From assembly GCF_009914755.1 (NCBI RefSeq), contig NC_060935.1: a stretch of DNA of 64,000 bases; one strand, written 5' to 3'. This document shows positions 1-13,255 of this stretch, piece by piece. The DNA comes from the human T2T-CHM13v2.0 reference genome, Homo sapiens. Positions within the stretch are counted from its first letter, which is position 1. Each line of letters opens with the position of its first letter. Made by a program: the position numbers and the translations under genes. A model generated the notes under the pieces. That model was not told the DNA's origin and made no database searches. It was given only the letters and a program-made list of their open reading frames with translations.

Positions 1-56
1 GCTGTCTCGGCCTCCAAAAGTGCTGGGATTACAGGCATGAGCCACGGCGCCTAGCC
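1..56 (-). mobile_element. Alu 5' end (element continues outside the window)
   Basis: CCTCCAAAAGTGCTGGGATTACAGGCATGAGCCAC is the reverse complement of the Alu left-arm start. Confidence 0.9.
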
Positions 57-901
57 TGTGACTTTACTTTGAATTAAGAGAACTTGACTGCAAACAGTGC
101 TTAAGTTATTTGGGGGAATTTAATTTGTTAAGTTTTTGGGCTAAGGGAATATTAATTAAAGATAAGTTGTGATTGCTTTAAAATTTAAAACAAACATTAG
201 TGGATAGATAATTAAACATGGTATTTGGTAATTGCATTTAATGGTCAAAAAAGTTCTAAGTTGACAACTTAAAATATTATAACCAATTATAAAACAGCTT
301 TAGATATTTCTTTTCTTGCACAAAAGACTTGGATATTAAAAAGAATCCCTTGCAAAATGGTACATTGTGGGAGCCCAAACACTTGTGGATTTCAGCTGAT
401 TGAGGGGAGAAGTATGAAGGAGCCATAGGAGTGGGGTTGGGGTACAGTCCAGTTCTTCCACGTTTTGTAATGTGACACTGGGCAACTCATGGGAGAAAGC
501 AGAGTCTGTGAAGTGAAGAGGACAAATCCTGGCTGGACTTTTGGGATTTAGTAGACTGAGAAGATGGACAGAGGCGCTTTGAAAAGAATGAAGTGCTTAT
601 GATGATCCCAGGTGGTATGGCCTGAGGAAGAAATAGTGTGATGGGGAAACAAATATTTGTTGAGCTCCTGCTCTGTGTTATCCTCTAGGCCAGACACTTC
701 CCCCATCCTGACCTCAATGGAGAAGCGAGTAAACTGCTTAAGGTCACAAATGGAGGAGTTGAGATTTGAACTTGGATGACCATGTGGAGAGCTGTTGGCT
801 TAGTCCCTTCTTCACTGGGTAGGGATAATGTAGATCAGGAAAGAAAATAAATGATGCAAGCTAAAGAATGTACTTAATGAGAAGCAAGAAGTACAATATG
901 G

Positions 902-1326
902 TGCTGCAGTTTGAATGTTTGTTCCCTTCAGAACTCACGTTGACATTTAATCCCCAATGTAGTAGTATTGAGAGGTGAGACCTTTAAGAGGTGAGTGGAT
1001 CGTGAGGGCTCTGCCCTCATGAATGGGTTAATCCATTCATGGATATATGGGTTGTTAATGGATTAAAGGGTTATCATGAGGGTAGAACTGGTGGCTTTAT
1101 TAGAAGAGGAAGAAAGACCTGGGCCATGATGCTCAGCCGCCTTACCATATGATGTCCTGCACCACCTAGGGACCCTGCAGAGTGTCCCCATCAGCAAGAA
1201 GGCCCTCACCAGATTCAGCCTCTTGACCTTGGATTTCTCAGCCTCCATAGCATAGAAATATTTTTTCTTTATAAATTACTCAGTTTTAGGTATTCCAGTA
1301 TAAGGAACAGAAAACGAATTAAGACA
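902..1326 (+). mobile_element. MaLR solo LTR (MSTC/MSTD-like)
   Basis: TG...CA ends; TTTGAATGTTTGTTCCC and GAGGGCTCTGCCCTCATGAATGG match MST-type consensus. Confidence 0.8.
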
Positions 1327-1362
1327 CACGGTAACCAGGGAAGTACAGTAAAACCCAATACC

Positions 1363-1891
1363 CTAGTCCTCCTTACCTGAGGCAGATATATTCCAAGACC
1401 CCCAGTGGATGCCTGAAATTGCAGATGGTACCGAACCCTACATATACGATATGTTCTTTCTATGAATACATACTTATCATAAACTTTATAAGTTAAGCAC
1501 AGTGTGAGATTAACAACAATAACTATTAATAAAGTAGAGCAATTATAATAATATGCCAACATTACTACTCTTGTGCTTTGGGGGCATTATTAAGCAAAAT
1601 AAGGGTTGTTTTAACTCAAGCACTGGGATACTGTGATAGTCAATCTGATAACCAAGACAGCTATTTAATTGACCAATGAGCAGGTGGCATATACACCTGT
1701 GGATATGCTGTATGAAGGACTGATTCATATCCTGGGCAGGATGGAGTGGGACAGTCAAGATTCCATCACACTATTTAGGATCATGTTCAATTTAAAACTA
1801 ATGAATTGTTTATTTCTGGAAATTTCCATTTAATATTTTTAGATCATGATTGACCACCGGTAACTGAAACTGTGGATAGGGTGAACTACTG
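1363..1891 (-). mobile_element. MER44B-like non-autonomous Tigger DNA transposon
   Basis: TTCCAAGACCCCCAGTGGATGCCTGAAA and TTTATTTCTGGAAATTTCCATTTAATATT; TIR remnant CTACTG at the right end. Confidence 0.8.
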
Positions 1892-2755
1892 TAAATCAGG
1901 CAGCCAAAGTCAGATGTTTAAACCAGAAATAACTCGGGAGAAGGGAACATATCCTAAGTGAAGTATGAGTCCTTACAAGATTTTTTAGGGGAAGTAATTG
2001 TTCTTCCACCTTAAGTTCTTAGTCACAGACTCCAGTTCAGTGATCCATGTGTGGAAGCCTCCTAGGCTGTTACCATTGATCCCTCCTTTATGAGGCCATC
2101 CGACCCATGTGTGCAGAATTTCTTTGAGCTAGAGAGAACGCAGGCTGGCAATTCTTTTCTTCAGTGGCAGGTCTCTTGGATCCCTTGAGAGAAATCAGCA
2201 ACCCTCAGAGACTCCAGCTTCTGAGCATACGCTCTTTGGTCAGTGCTATTCTAATCCCTGTTTGAAGAAGTAACTCTCCCAGGGTCTCACCAAGAGGGTA
2301 CTCAAAAATGTGTGTTGAATGAATCTATTTCACTGGTATTTTGAGTGTCTGAAAACACAGAATGAGCAAGAGATTTATGTTTCAATTTTAGTTTTTGATT
2401 TTTTGAGTGGGAAATACATTTCTATGGCATAAAATTGAGAAGAGACTAGAGTGAAAATAAGTCCTTCTCCCACCTCCCTTTGCTTCCTCAGCCACCCAGC
2501 TCTCTTCCTGGAAGCTACCAGTTTCTCATGGATCTTTCCATTGTTAGTCATTGGTGATAAAAGCAATATGTATACATATATATTCTTCTCTACCTTTTAA
2601 AAGATTCAATGACATTAAGATACAAATGGTAACAAACTATATATATTGTTCTGCACCTTGCTTTTTTAAAAAAATTAACAACATGTCTTGGAGATCTTTC
2701 CCTGTCAGTAATTAAGTGCTGCACACCAGCAACACCGACATCGCTGGGTGCTTCT

Positions 2756-3074
2756 GACCGGGCGCAGTGGCTCACGCCTGTAATCCCAGCACTTTGGGAG
2801 GCTGAGGCGGGCGGATCACGAGGTCAGGAGGTCGAGACCATCCTGACTAACACGGTGAAACCCTGTCTCTACTAAAAATACAAAAACATTAGCTGGGCGT
2901 GGTGGTGGACGCCTGTAGTCCCAGCTACCTGGAAGGCTGAGGCAGGAGAATGGCGTGAACCCGGGAGGCGGAGCTTGTGGGTGAGCCAAGATGGCGCCAC
3001 TGTACTCCAGCCTGGGCGACAGAGCGAGACTCCGTCTCAAAAAAAAAAAAAAAAAAAAAAAAAGAAAAAAAAAA
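2756..3074 (+). mobile_element. AluY inserted into a MER5A-like element
   Basis: GAATGGCGTGAACCCGGGAGGCGGAGCTTG diagnostic and long A tail; MER5-like flanks (AGAAATGCAGAATCT...TACTGAATCAG). Confidence 0.92.
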
Positions 3075-3976
3075 GAAATGCAGAATCTGGTTTCACTGCA
3101 GACATACTGAATCAGATCTGTGTTTTAACAAGATCTGCGCCTGATTTCTACCCTCCTTAGAGTTTGAGTCTTGCTAGCTGGCAGCCTGAGTGGGCTTAGT
3201 GCAGGAGGCAGGTGCATACCTGTGGAGAGGAACAGAGACTGGAAGCTCTTCATCCCTGTTCCTAAAACTCCCTAAAACTGCTAGAGCCTCATAGCTGGGA
3301 CCTCTGTGTTAGGGCTGGTCATGAAAGTGACCTCATATTTGGTCTGAATATCTGGAAGTAACTTGGAGGGCTGATGAGGGGAGTGTCATGAAGGCAGTGG
3401 AGTCGCTGAAGGGAGAAGCCCCAGAGAACTAGATACTTTCCTTCTAGCTTGGACCTAAGAATGTCAGAGAGAATCCTGGCCATGTGAGGGTCTCCTCCCT
3501 TATATAGGATGAAAAGGCATGTCTTCTTTATATTAATAGAATTTTCTAGTTCATATGTGTGCTCAAAGAACAGTGATTAGCAGTTGGTCTAACTAGTTAC
3601 TTTTTTAAAAAAGATATTTTAATATAAGTGAATAGAAGAGAAATATTAAATTTCATAATGAAGTGTGTGTTTGGGGGCAGCCTAAGTAATGAGATGTCCG
3701 GGGAAAACTTATTTGTCCAGGGGCCCAGAACCTAGGAGTACATGTAGACCCTGAGTATCTGGCCCTGAGAACCCAGTTCCAAGGACTAATGAATAACATC
3801 AAAATGGCCTAGAACAGTTGGGGGAAGAGAGGGATTCTGCACCCCCCCTTCCTGCACCACCCCCAACCACTGCAAATGTATTGCCAAACAGTTGGACATT
3901 TCATTGCATTTTTAGAAGAGTTTCTTCCCTCTATTGTGTCTGTGGTGGCTTTTCTGGAAAACATTATCCCCTCTCA

Positions 3977-4210
3977 ATTAAGAGCATGAGACTTGGCATC
4001 AGCCAGATGTGGATCTGAATCCCAGTGCTAGTCCTAACTAGTTTCCTGACCCTGAGCAAGTTATTTAACCTCACTCGGTTTTGTCTCCTGAAAAGTGGGA
4101 ATAATAGTCTCTACTCTTAGGATTGCTGGAAGGATTAAATGAGACAATGCATTTGAAGCACTTCTCACTGTGTTTGGCACAGAAAAAGTATTCAATGCTT
4201 GTTATTATTT
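3977..4210 (+). mobile_element. MIR SINE
   Basis: Core TGACCCTGAGCAAGTTATTTAACCTC...GGATTAAATGAGA...TGGCACAG. Confidence 0.8.
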
Positions 4211-4259
4211 CTAAGTAGAGGCTTGAGGGTACAGTGTAAGAAGTAAAGCAAAGGAGAAA

Positions 4260-4651
4260 AGACCTTCTGGAGGTGGGGATCATCTCTGAGTGCACTGACC
4301 CTTGGAGTCCAGCTCTTGGAGACCCCTGGGAGTGACTTTTTCTCACTGTGGTTTTTGGTCCTTTGGACCACCTCTAGGGGTGGGTGCTCTCAGACAGTCC
4401 TGGAACACCCTTGGATCTCTCCTCTCTGGGAAGGCTTCTGGCTGAGCTCTTCTGTGGCCTTTCCATCTGCCTCTGTGAGAATTGGCTTATTTTGGATTGT
4501 CCCAGGGCTGAGCAGGAAGCCAATGATTGGTGGTCCAGGATATATGGGGAGTGATGCCTGAAGATAGAGATCCTGTTGGGCCTGGGACCCTCTAGGGCTC
4601 CTAGTATAGGACTGACTTTCTTCATTTACCAAGTCCCACCCCTGGGGGCCT
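4260..4651 (-). pseudogene. Pseudo-exon (GPQGWDLVNEESQSY...GCSRTV*EHPPLEVV...)
   Basis: Acceptor TTTAG|A is phase 2, matching the phase-2 end of the 5417 exon; only one stop in about 130 codons; 3' end uncertain. Confidence 0.5.
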
Positions 4652-5416
4652 CTAAAGTTTAATGAATGTGAAACTCTAGAGAGGGAGAATTGCACGGAAA
4701 CCTATCATAGAGCAAACACACAATGACATCTTCCTGGGGGCTTGAGACAATTCATTTCTTTTCTCTCATTAACAGCAGAGAGGTTATTAGTTCTTCCTTT
4801 TTCTCATAAGAGAAATCTGAGATCTGACAAACATCACCAATTTTCTTCTGATCACACAGCAAATCACTTGTAAGAATAATAATAAAAGCAACTTGTATAT
4901 TTAGCAACAGCTTGCGTATTTTACCTTATTCTCTCTTCATACAAATCCTCTAAGGTCTACTCAGGAAACGTAATTGTCTCCATACTATGTGGCAGGTCGG
5001 GGGCGGGGAATGGAGGCTCAGGGAAGTGATGTGACTAGTCCAGGGTCATATCTGGTAAGTGGCAGAGTCAGGACCAATACCACGTTCTTCTTACTTTTGA
5101 TCTTTACTTCTTCCCAGAGATCCCAACCTTTGAGGGTTTAGTTATCTTGAAATTACTTGATATTACTGGTCTCACCTACAGAAATAATTAACAATTATTT
5201 TCAGGTGAGGCATAGGCAGATTCAACACCACACTCCAGGCCATAGCATCCCCATCCTTGAAGAGATTCTTGCCCTCTGCTTTAGCAGCAGATTCTGAGAA
5301 CAGCATACCTACTATTTTCTCTCTAGATTTGTGCCCCTTGCAGGACTGGGGTTCTGTTTGTCATAGGAACTGGAGTCACCCCAAAGGGTGGCTGAAACCT
5401 GCCTCTCAAATGTCAC

Positions 5417-5769
5417 CTTTTTTCCCTAAGTGATCTCTGCTTGCATTCATTTGTCTTCATTTTTTTCCCATCCACCTCTTGCTGGATACTGCATTTCACA
5501 ACTTCGGGGCGCCTCATTCACACTGCAGCTTTGTGGATGTCATCTCCTGGAGCACACCAATGATACTGACTGGTTGTTGCAAATTAGACCTGTCATTATT
5601 GCAGGCTTTGGATGTTTTCTCTTTCAGTTGCTGCTCCTGAATCTGTCTCCTGCCATCTGAGGTGTCCTTCCTCTCTCTCCCTGTGAATTTCTGTGGCTTT
5701 GGTTCTTGTCCCTTTCTTTTACTTTCTCTGTCTTGAGGATCAGATTCAAAATCCTTCTTACAGAGAGAC
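5417..5769 (-). pseudogene. Pseudo-exon, K/E/Q-rich, frameshifted
   Basis: Acceptor TTATTACAG|G, donor AAG|GTGACA; reads SLCKKDFESDPQDRESKRK... and then EVVKCSIQQEVDGKKMKTNECKQRSLREK. Confidence 0.5.
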
Positions 5770-6100
5770 CTGTAATAAGTGTTTGTATTATTTAAGAACA
5801 CTCTTTATAGAAAATAAGAGAAAGAAATATAGAGCCAAAGAACTTGTGAGAAAGGAGGTAGAGACGATATGTGATGAATATTTATAGGAAGCCATGGAAG
5901 GACCAAAAAGCATCTCATATTTATGAGGCATGTGAGTCACTATATCTTCATGAAGCTCTCAGTATTCATGAAATCTTAGATGGACACCCTTGGGTGATCC
6001 CCACTTTTGGTTCCATTTGTTTTCTTCCCAAGGCATGCTGCAGGTAAGGCATGGTTGCTTAGCAAGTCGCTGGTGAGCAACAGCTGTTGGTTAGACATAC

Positions 6101-6214
6101 TTGTTTCTGCATCTCTCTGATGGAGCACCTGCTGGCCCCAGGCACCGCCTGTCTGCTCATGTCCTTTGTTCCTTCTCAACTCAATGTTCTTATGATCATA
6201 TGTCAGGAGAAAGG
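6101..6214 (-). pseudogene. Pseudo-exon, 114 bp, open, phase 1-1
   Basis: Long polypyrimidine tract ...CTCTTGCTCTCCCACATCAG|, donor AA|GTATGT; reads FLLTYDHKNIELRRNKGHEQTGGAWGQQVLHQRDAET. Confidence 0.55.
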
Positions 6215-6279
6215 CTGATGTGGGAGAGCAAGAGAGTGAGAGAGCTAGAGAATGAGAAATGGAGGCTCACACTCACACA

Positions 6280-6795
6280 CACTGTGTAACACAGAATTCA
6301 GCTAGTGTGGTTCTTCCACCTTGTTGCACTGTTTCCTAAATTTGTCTCTTTCCCCTTGCTTTTCCCTGGTTTTTGTTATTGATTCAATAAACCATTTGGT
6401 TTGAGCATCTTGAATTGGTCCACAAGCATTTCTGCTCAATAGCCTTCCTACCAGTGCAGTAGGAGGCTACCATTGCACTGGTGTAATTTCTCAGTGGCAA
6501 GTCCACTTTAACTCCATCCTTTGAGCACATGTAGGTTCTGTCCCAGTGGTAATTTAATGTGCAGGATAGAAATGAGGTAGCTTGGCCCCTGAAGCACATA
6601 GAGGAAACCTCAGGGAGGTGAAAGAGCGAATATTGGGCTCTCTGTACCAAGTTTGTTTGTGCAATAGTTTCATTCACTTTGAATTCTTTTGCCTACCTCT
6701 AGTTTGGTGCTCAGAATCTCAGCTTCTTCTCATCCACTGCTGAATTCTCTGCTCTGAATCTGAGAATCCTGCTTTTTTCTCTGTATTTGGGTTCC
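6280..6795 (-). pseudogene. Pseudo-exon (NPNTEKKAGFSDSEQRIQQW...), 3' end uncertain
   Basis: Acceptor CCTCACACCTTGCCTCAG|GG joins the 6937 donor in frame across a 141-bp intron. Confidence 0.5.
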
Positions 6796-6936
6796 CTGAG
6801 GCAAGGTGTGAGGACTGGAAGAGCCAACAAGAATGGACTACAGAGGATGCCTCTCCAAGGTGGAGATGGAAGGGACTAGCACCTCTCATATGCAGTTGGG
6901 GATCCTTAATATCCTGTCCCACTGGGAAATTCTTAC

Positions 6937-7183
6937 GGAAAACAAAGCCCTGTTAGGCAGGTAGCTTGTATGAAGAAAACCCTGTCTCTAGACTTCTGAC
7001 TCTGGAGAGATCTGTAGAGGCCTCAGAGGAGGCAGTGGATGCACCCTGGAGAGATCCAGAAGTCCGCTCTGAAGGACTGGAGTTTGCTGTGTTCTATGGA
7101 TTCTACCATCAGATATCACGCTCCACTTCCTCAAACATCTGCTTATCATCACATTCTACTGCACAACAGCAGGCAATAGCTCT
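6937..7183 (-). pseudogene. Pseudo-exon, 247 bp, phase 0-1
   Basis: CTTTCAG|AGA ... TTCC|GTAAGA; reads RAIACCCAVECDDKQMFEEVERDI*W*NP*NTANSSPSERTSGSLQGAS... in one frame. Confidence 0.55.
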
Positions 7184-7625
7184 CTGAAAGTTTACTGAAT
7201 AACCCAACAGTGAGACAAACATAAAGTGGCTTCATTTTTCTTCTAATTATTGCCTTCAACCTACTGTGATAGTGTTGCACAGATCAATAATTTGTTCTCT
7301 TTCATTTGCTGTATAACATTCCACTGAAGGAATATACTACAATTAAACCATTCTGTTGTAGGTGACATTGGTGTTGTTTCCAGTTCTGGACTAATTATGC
7401 ATGATGCTGCTATGAACAGTCTTGTATGCTTCTTTTGGCACATGCGTCCTTCTGTTAGGTGTATACCTAGAAAAGGAACTTCCGGGTCATAGGTGATGCA
7501 CATGTTTAGTTTTAGTACGTATTAAACAAAACTAACCATTTGTTTTCAAAAGTGGTTTTACCTATTTACTATTTTATTTTTGTAGATTCAGGGGGTACAT
7601 GTGCAGGTTTGTTATAGTTTTACCT

Positions 7626-7921
7626 ATTTATTTATTTATTTTTTTGAGACAGAGTCTTGCTCTGCCACCCAGGCTGGAATGCAATGGCGCGATCTCAGCT
7701 GCAACCTCTACCTCCCAGGTTCAAGCAATTCTTGAGCCTCAGCCCCCCAAGTAGCTGGGATTACAGGAGAAAGCCATCATGCACTGCTAATTTTTGTGTT
7801 TTTAGTGGAGACGGGGTTTCACTATGCTGGCCAGGCTGGTCTCAAACTCCTGGCCTCAAGTGATCCACCTGCCTTGGCCTCCCAAAGTGCTGGGATTACA
7901 GGCATGAGCCACTGTGCCCGG
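7626..7921 (-). mobile_element. AluS/J within old L1M fragments
   Basis: Full dimer in reverse complement with a (TTTA)n tail. Confidence 0.9.
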
Positions 7922-8102
7922 TGGTTTTACCTATTTATATTCCCACTTGCAGCATATGAGTGATCCAGTTCCTCCACATCTTTGCCAACACTTGGCATTG
8001 TCAGTTAAGAAAAAACCTTTTGTTTAGCCATTCTATGTGTATAGTTGTATCTCATATGGTTTAAATTTGCATTTCTCTAATGACAGCTGATGTTGTATAC
8101 CA

Positions 8103-8652
8103 TTTTTTAAAAAATTTATTTTAGATTTGGGGATATATATGCAAATTTGTTGTACATGTAAACTTGTGTCATGGGGATTTGTTGTACAGATTATTTCATC
8201 ACCCATGTATTAAGTCTAGTACCCAATAGTTATTTTTTCTGCTCCTCTCCCTCCTCCTACTCTCCACCATCAAGGAGGCCCCAGTGTCTATTGTTCCCTT
8301 CTTGGTGTTCGTGGGTTCTCATCATTTAGCTCCCATTTATAAATAAGAACACACAGTATTTGGTTTTCTGTTCCTGCGTTAGCTTGCTAAGGATAATGGC
8401 CCCCGATTCAATTCATGTTCCTGCAAAAGATATGATCTCATTCTTTTTTATGGCTACATAGTATTCCATGGTGTATATGTACCACATTTTCTTTATCCAG
8501 CCTGTCATTCATGGACATTTAAGTTGATTTCACATCTTTGCTATTGCTATGAATAATGCTGCAATGAACATTCATGTGTATGTGTCTTTGGTAGAATGAT
8601 TTATATTCCTCTCGGTATATAACCAGTAATGGGATTGCTGAGTTGAATGGTA
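8103..8652 (-). mobile_element. 5'-truncated older primate L1 (L1PA13-16-like 3' end)
   Basis: L1 3' UTR plus ORF2 end; flanking repeat ATACCATTTT is a probable TSD. Confidence 0.75.
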
Positions 8653-9542
8653 TGCTTAAATACCATTTTCATATACTACTTGGCTATTTGGGTGTCCTCT
8701 TTTGTGAAGTCTTTATTCAAGTGTTTACTCATTATTATATTATTATTATTCTTTTTTTGATGTGGGTCATTTATTTGGGAAGGGAATCCAAGAAACAGGA
8801 GGGAAGGACTGGAAAAAGCAAAACTAAGAAACTAAGTGAAACTCCTACGTGGCGATTTGGATTTTCACTCTCAATGGAAAACCAATAAAAATGTGTGTTA
8901 TAGATCTGGTCAATACTGCACAATCTAGATGAAAGAAAGAAGGATGTATGCTGCAGCTCTGTCATTGGTCCAGAATTGCTTGTGGAACATTTGTTTATTG
9001 CCTTATACTTCAGGCGTGCCCATGTTGAGCTGGCTGAGGCCTTCGCGGCATCTTTTGTGGGGGACTGAATGTGGAAAGCAAAAGAACTTGGTGCAGCTTG
9101 AAGGAGCTCTTCCTGGCTGCCTCAGAAACATCTGTAGAAAACAAAATGTCCCAAAAGGCATAAGAAGTATTTAATATAGAAGTGTTCTTTTCCCTTTCGG
9201 CCAGTCAAAGGACCCAGTTTCCGTGGGGACCTGTCTGGCATAGTGAAAAATAGAAACTTTTGGTCTCCATCCTTTTGGTTGAAGCCTTAAGGTCTACAGG
9301 CTTCAACTACTTTTGCATGCTGTCTTAGCTGGGTTCCCCTGAGAGTAGAGCCTGTGACAAAAGTTTGGATGGGGTTAGTTTATTTGGGCATTGCCATCCC
9401 AGGGAGCCAGAGTTCAGGAGAAGGAGTTGATAAAAGGAACAAGGAAGAGGGAATTCAAGGATGCAGTAGTATGCATTATTGATTAGGTCACCCCAGGGGT
9501 GACTGGGACATCCATTTTTTTTTTGAAGGGGGTTAGGTGCCT

Positions 9543-9884
<342 letters not shown>

Positions 9885-10839
9885 TAAATGCTTGATATCA
9901 TTCCTTCATCAGATAAATGCATGATTATGTCTCCTCCTACGTGGCGATTTGGTTTTTTACTCTCAATGGTGTCTTTTGATGAGTAGATGTTTTTTATTTT
10001 AATGCAGTCCATATAAATTTAAAAATCTGTTTGTTTCTACAAAATTCTGCTGGGATTTTGATTAGAATTATATTGAACTATGTATAAACTTTGGGAAAAC
10101 TGATATCCTTACAATGTTGAATATATTGAACATGAGAATAGTGTATTCATCAATTTACTTGTTTTCTTTAATTGAAGTTTTTCTGTAGTTTTATGTTAGG
10201 GGTCTTAAATAGTTTTTGTTAGATTTATTTCTAGGTATTTTAAGTTTTTAATATAATAGTAAATGGTCAAAAATTTCTCTTTCTAGTTGTTTATTACTAA
10301 AATATAGAAATTCAATTAGGTTTTGAATGTTAATCCTGTATCCAGAGACCTTGTTCAAGTCACAGTAGTTTATCTGTCACTTCCTTGAGATTTTATGTAC
10401 ACAATCAAATCATCTACAAATGACAGTTTTATTTATGTTTGTCAATATTATTTTTGACTAATAAATCATAATTGTATACATTTATGGAGCATGATGTGAT
10501 ATCTTGATATATGTATACAATGTGTAATGATTAAATCCAGCTAATTAACTTATCCAACACCTTGTGTAATTATCTGTCATTTATTATGGTGAAACATTTG
10601 AAATTTACTCTTAGTTATTTTGAAATAGACACCACAATATTATTGATTATAGTCCCTCTGCTGTACAATAGATCTCAAATCTTATTCCTCTTATCTATCT
10701 GAAAATTTGTACCCTTTGATCAACAAAACTCCTCCTTCTTCTCTCCATTCCTTCTTCTCCCCTCCGCCCCTACACCCTCAGCACCCAGCCTTTGGTAACC
10801 ATCATTCTACCCTCCACTTCTATTAGTATTGACAATTTT

Positions 10840-11202
10840 ATGTTGCCTGGGGTGATCTGGAACTCCTGGGCTAAAATGATTCTCCTGACTCAGCTCTTAA
10901 GTAGCCTGCCTGCCTGCCTGCCTGCTTTCCTTCCTTCCTTCCTTCCTTCCTTCTTCCCTCACTCCCTCCCTTCTTCCCTCCCTCTCTCTCTCCCTCCCTC
11001 CCTCCTTTCTTCCCTCCCTCCCTCCCTCCCTTCGTTCCTTCTTTACAGGCATGTGCCACCATGTCTGGCTAATTTTTGTATTTTTAGTAGAGATGGGATT
11101 TCACCACGTTGGCCAGGCTGGTCTTGAACACCTGACCTCAAGTGATCCTCCCACCTCAGCCTCCCAAAGTGTGGATTATAGGTGTGAGCCACCACAGCCA
11201 GC
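10840..11202 (-). mobile_element. Composite Alu interrupted by a pyrimidine microsatellite
   Basis: Alu sequence breaks at AAGTAGC and resumes at TACAGGC. Confidence 0.75.
10905..11043. repeat. (CCTG)n/(CCTT)n/(CCCT)n polypyrimidine tract
   Basis: Seen directly in the sequence. Confidence 0.95.
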
Positions 11203-11218
11203 CCCTGGGTAGCTTTAC

Positions 11219-11579
11219 TTCTACATGCATCTGAAATTGCTCCCATAGCTCTGTGTCTTTGATAAGGTCAGGAAACAATAATCCTGAGCATTCAGCTTAT
11301 CCTGGCTCTTTGGGACCATGAGGGAATTGTGAAGTGAGTACCAACAACGTGGTGTTTTTAACAATGTTTACAGAAATTCCCCTGTTTCTCAGGGGTGTCA
11401 TAAACTTGTATCAGTTTGACCATATAGAAAAAACAGACATTCTTTTGAATGTTACTAGGTTTATATCTTTAGCAGGATAACCTCTTGAATCAGCAAATAA
11501 AGGTCCACTGGAGATTTAGGTGAAAGACTGCATGGCATTGAATAGAGGAAATAAAGTTCTGATTCAAAATATTCTGAAT
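11219..11579 (-). pseudogene. Pseudo-exon encoding most of a SPOC-like domain
   Basis: TTTCCTTTGCCCTAG|ATT ... GAA|GTAAAG. Length 361 bp = 120 codons plus one 1-nt insertion. Reads IQNILNQNFISSIQCHAVFHLNLQWTF/FADSRGYPAKDINLVTFKRMSVFSIWSN*YKFMTPLRNRGISVNIVKNTTLLVLTSQFPHGPKEPG*AECSGLLFPDLIKDTELWEQFQMHVE. Confidence 0.68.
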
Positions 11580-11686
11580 CTAGGGCAAAGGAAATCAACG
11601 TACAGTTCTTTGGGTTACATACAACTGATTGAAAAAGCCATGGAGAGAAAGATGAAGAATTCAAACATCTGGGAATTGGTGGGTGA

Positions 11687-12014
<328 letters not shown>

Positions 12015-12560
12015 ATGTATTCTTTTATAAGCACCACTGGTGATTTTAATGTGCAGCCGAGGTTGAGAACCTCTGAGTTACAGGGATAACAGGGTCACTG
12101 ACAGAAGGATCTTGAGCCGGGAGCTACAGTCTCTACAAAAGAGAGGAGACTTGGGGTTGCGTATGACAGTCACAGGAAGGTGGTGGGGGTAGAATCTGAT
12201 GACATAAGAATAATTTAAAAATGTTTAAGGTAGGGTTGTGGGGTGGTAGGGGAGGAAAAATGGTTTGGAATGGAAATGAGAAAAAAAGGAATATTTCTAT
12301 GCTCAGCATGAGTCTCATTCAGAATGGAAGGCTTCCACTGTGGCCTTCACAGCCTTACTTGATCTCTTCCAGCACACACCCCACATAGCTGCTTGCAGGT
12401 CCCTCTTGCTGGTTTCAGCCACTCCAGCTTCCTCCTGTAACTTGAATCCCAGGTTTCTGCTCAAATATCATCTTATTAGAGAGACTTTTTTTCAGTATCA
12501 TTTAAATAGCAATATCCCACTTCCAATCTTCCCTCTCCCACTTTTTATAGCACTTATTAC

Positions 12561-13255
12561 TGATATGGTTTGGCTGTGTCCTCACCCAAATCTCATATTG
12601 AATTGTAGCTCCCATATTTCCCACATGTTGTGGGAGGGACCCAGTGGGAGGTAATTGAATCATAGGGGCAGTTTCCTTCATACTATTCTCATGGTAGTGG
12701 ATAAGTCTCATGAGATTTGATTTTTTTTAACTTTGTTGTATTTATTTATTTTTTTGAGACAGAGTCTTACTCTGTTGCCCAGGTTGGAGTGCAATGGCAT
12801 CATCTTGGCTCACTGCAAGCTCCATCTCCCAGGTTGAAGTGATTCTCCTGCCTCAGCCTCCTGAGTAGTTGGGATTACAGGCACCCACAACCATGCCTGG
12901 CTAATTTTTGTATTTTTAGTAGAGACAGGGTTTTACCATGTTGGTCAGGCTGGTCTCCAACTCCTGACCTCAGGTGATCCGCCCACCATGGCCTCCCAAA
13001 GTGCTGAGATTACAGGCGTGAGCCACCGTGCCTGGCGAGATTTGATGGTTTTATAAGGGGAAACCCCTTTTGCTTGGTTCTCATCTCTCTTGCCTGCCGC
13101 CATGTAAGACATCCCTTTGCTCTTCTTTCATCTTCTGCCATGATTGTGAGGCCTCCCCAGCCATGTGGAACTGTGAGTCCATTAAACCTTTTTCCTTCAT
13201 AAATTACCCAGTCTCGGGTATGTCTTTATTACCAGCGTGAGAACAGACGAATACA
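12561..13255 (+). mobile_element. THE1 (MaLR) solo LTR, inside L2, interrupted by an Alu
   Basis: TGATATGGTTTGGCTGTGTCC start; ...AGACGAATACA end. Confidence 0.88.
12721..13036 (-). mobile_element. AluSx-like inside THE1
   Basis: TSD GAGATTTGAT on both sides. Confidence 0.92.
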
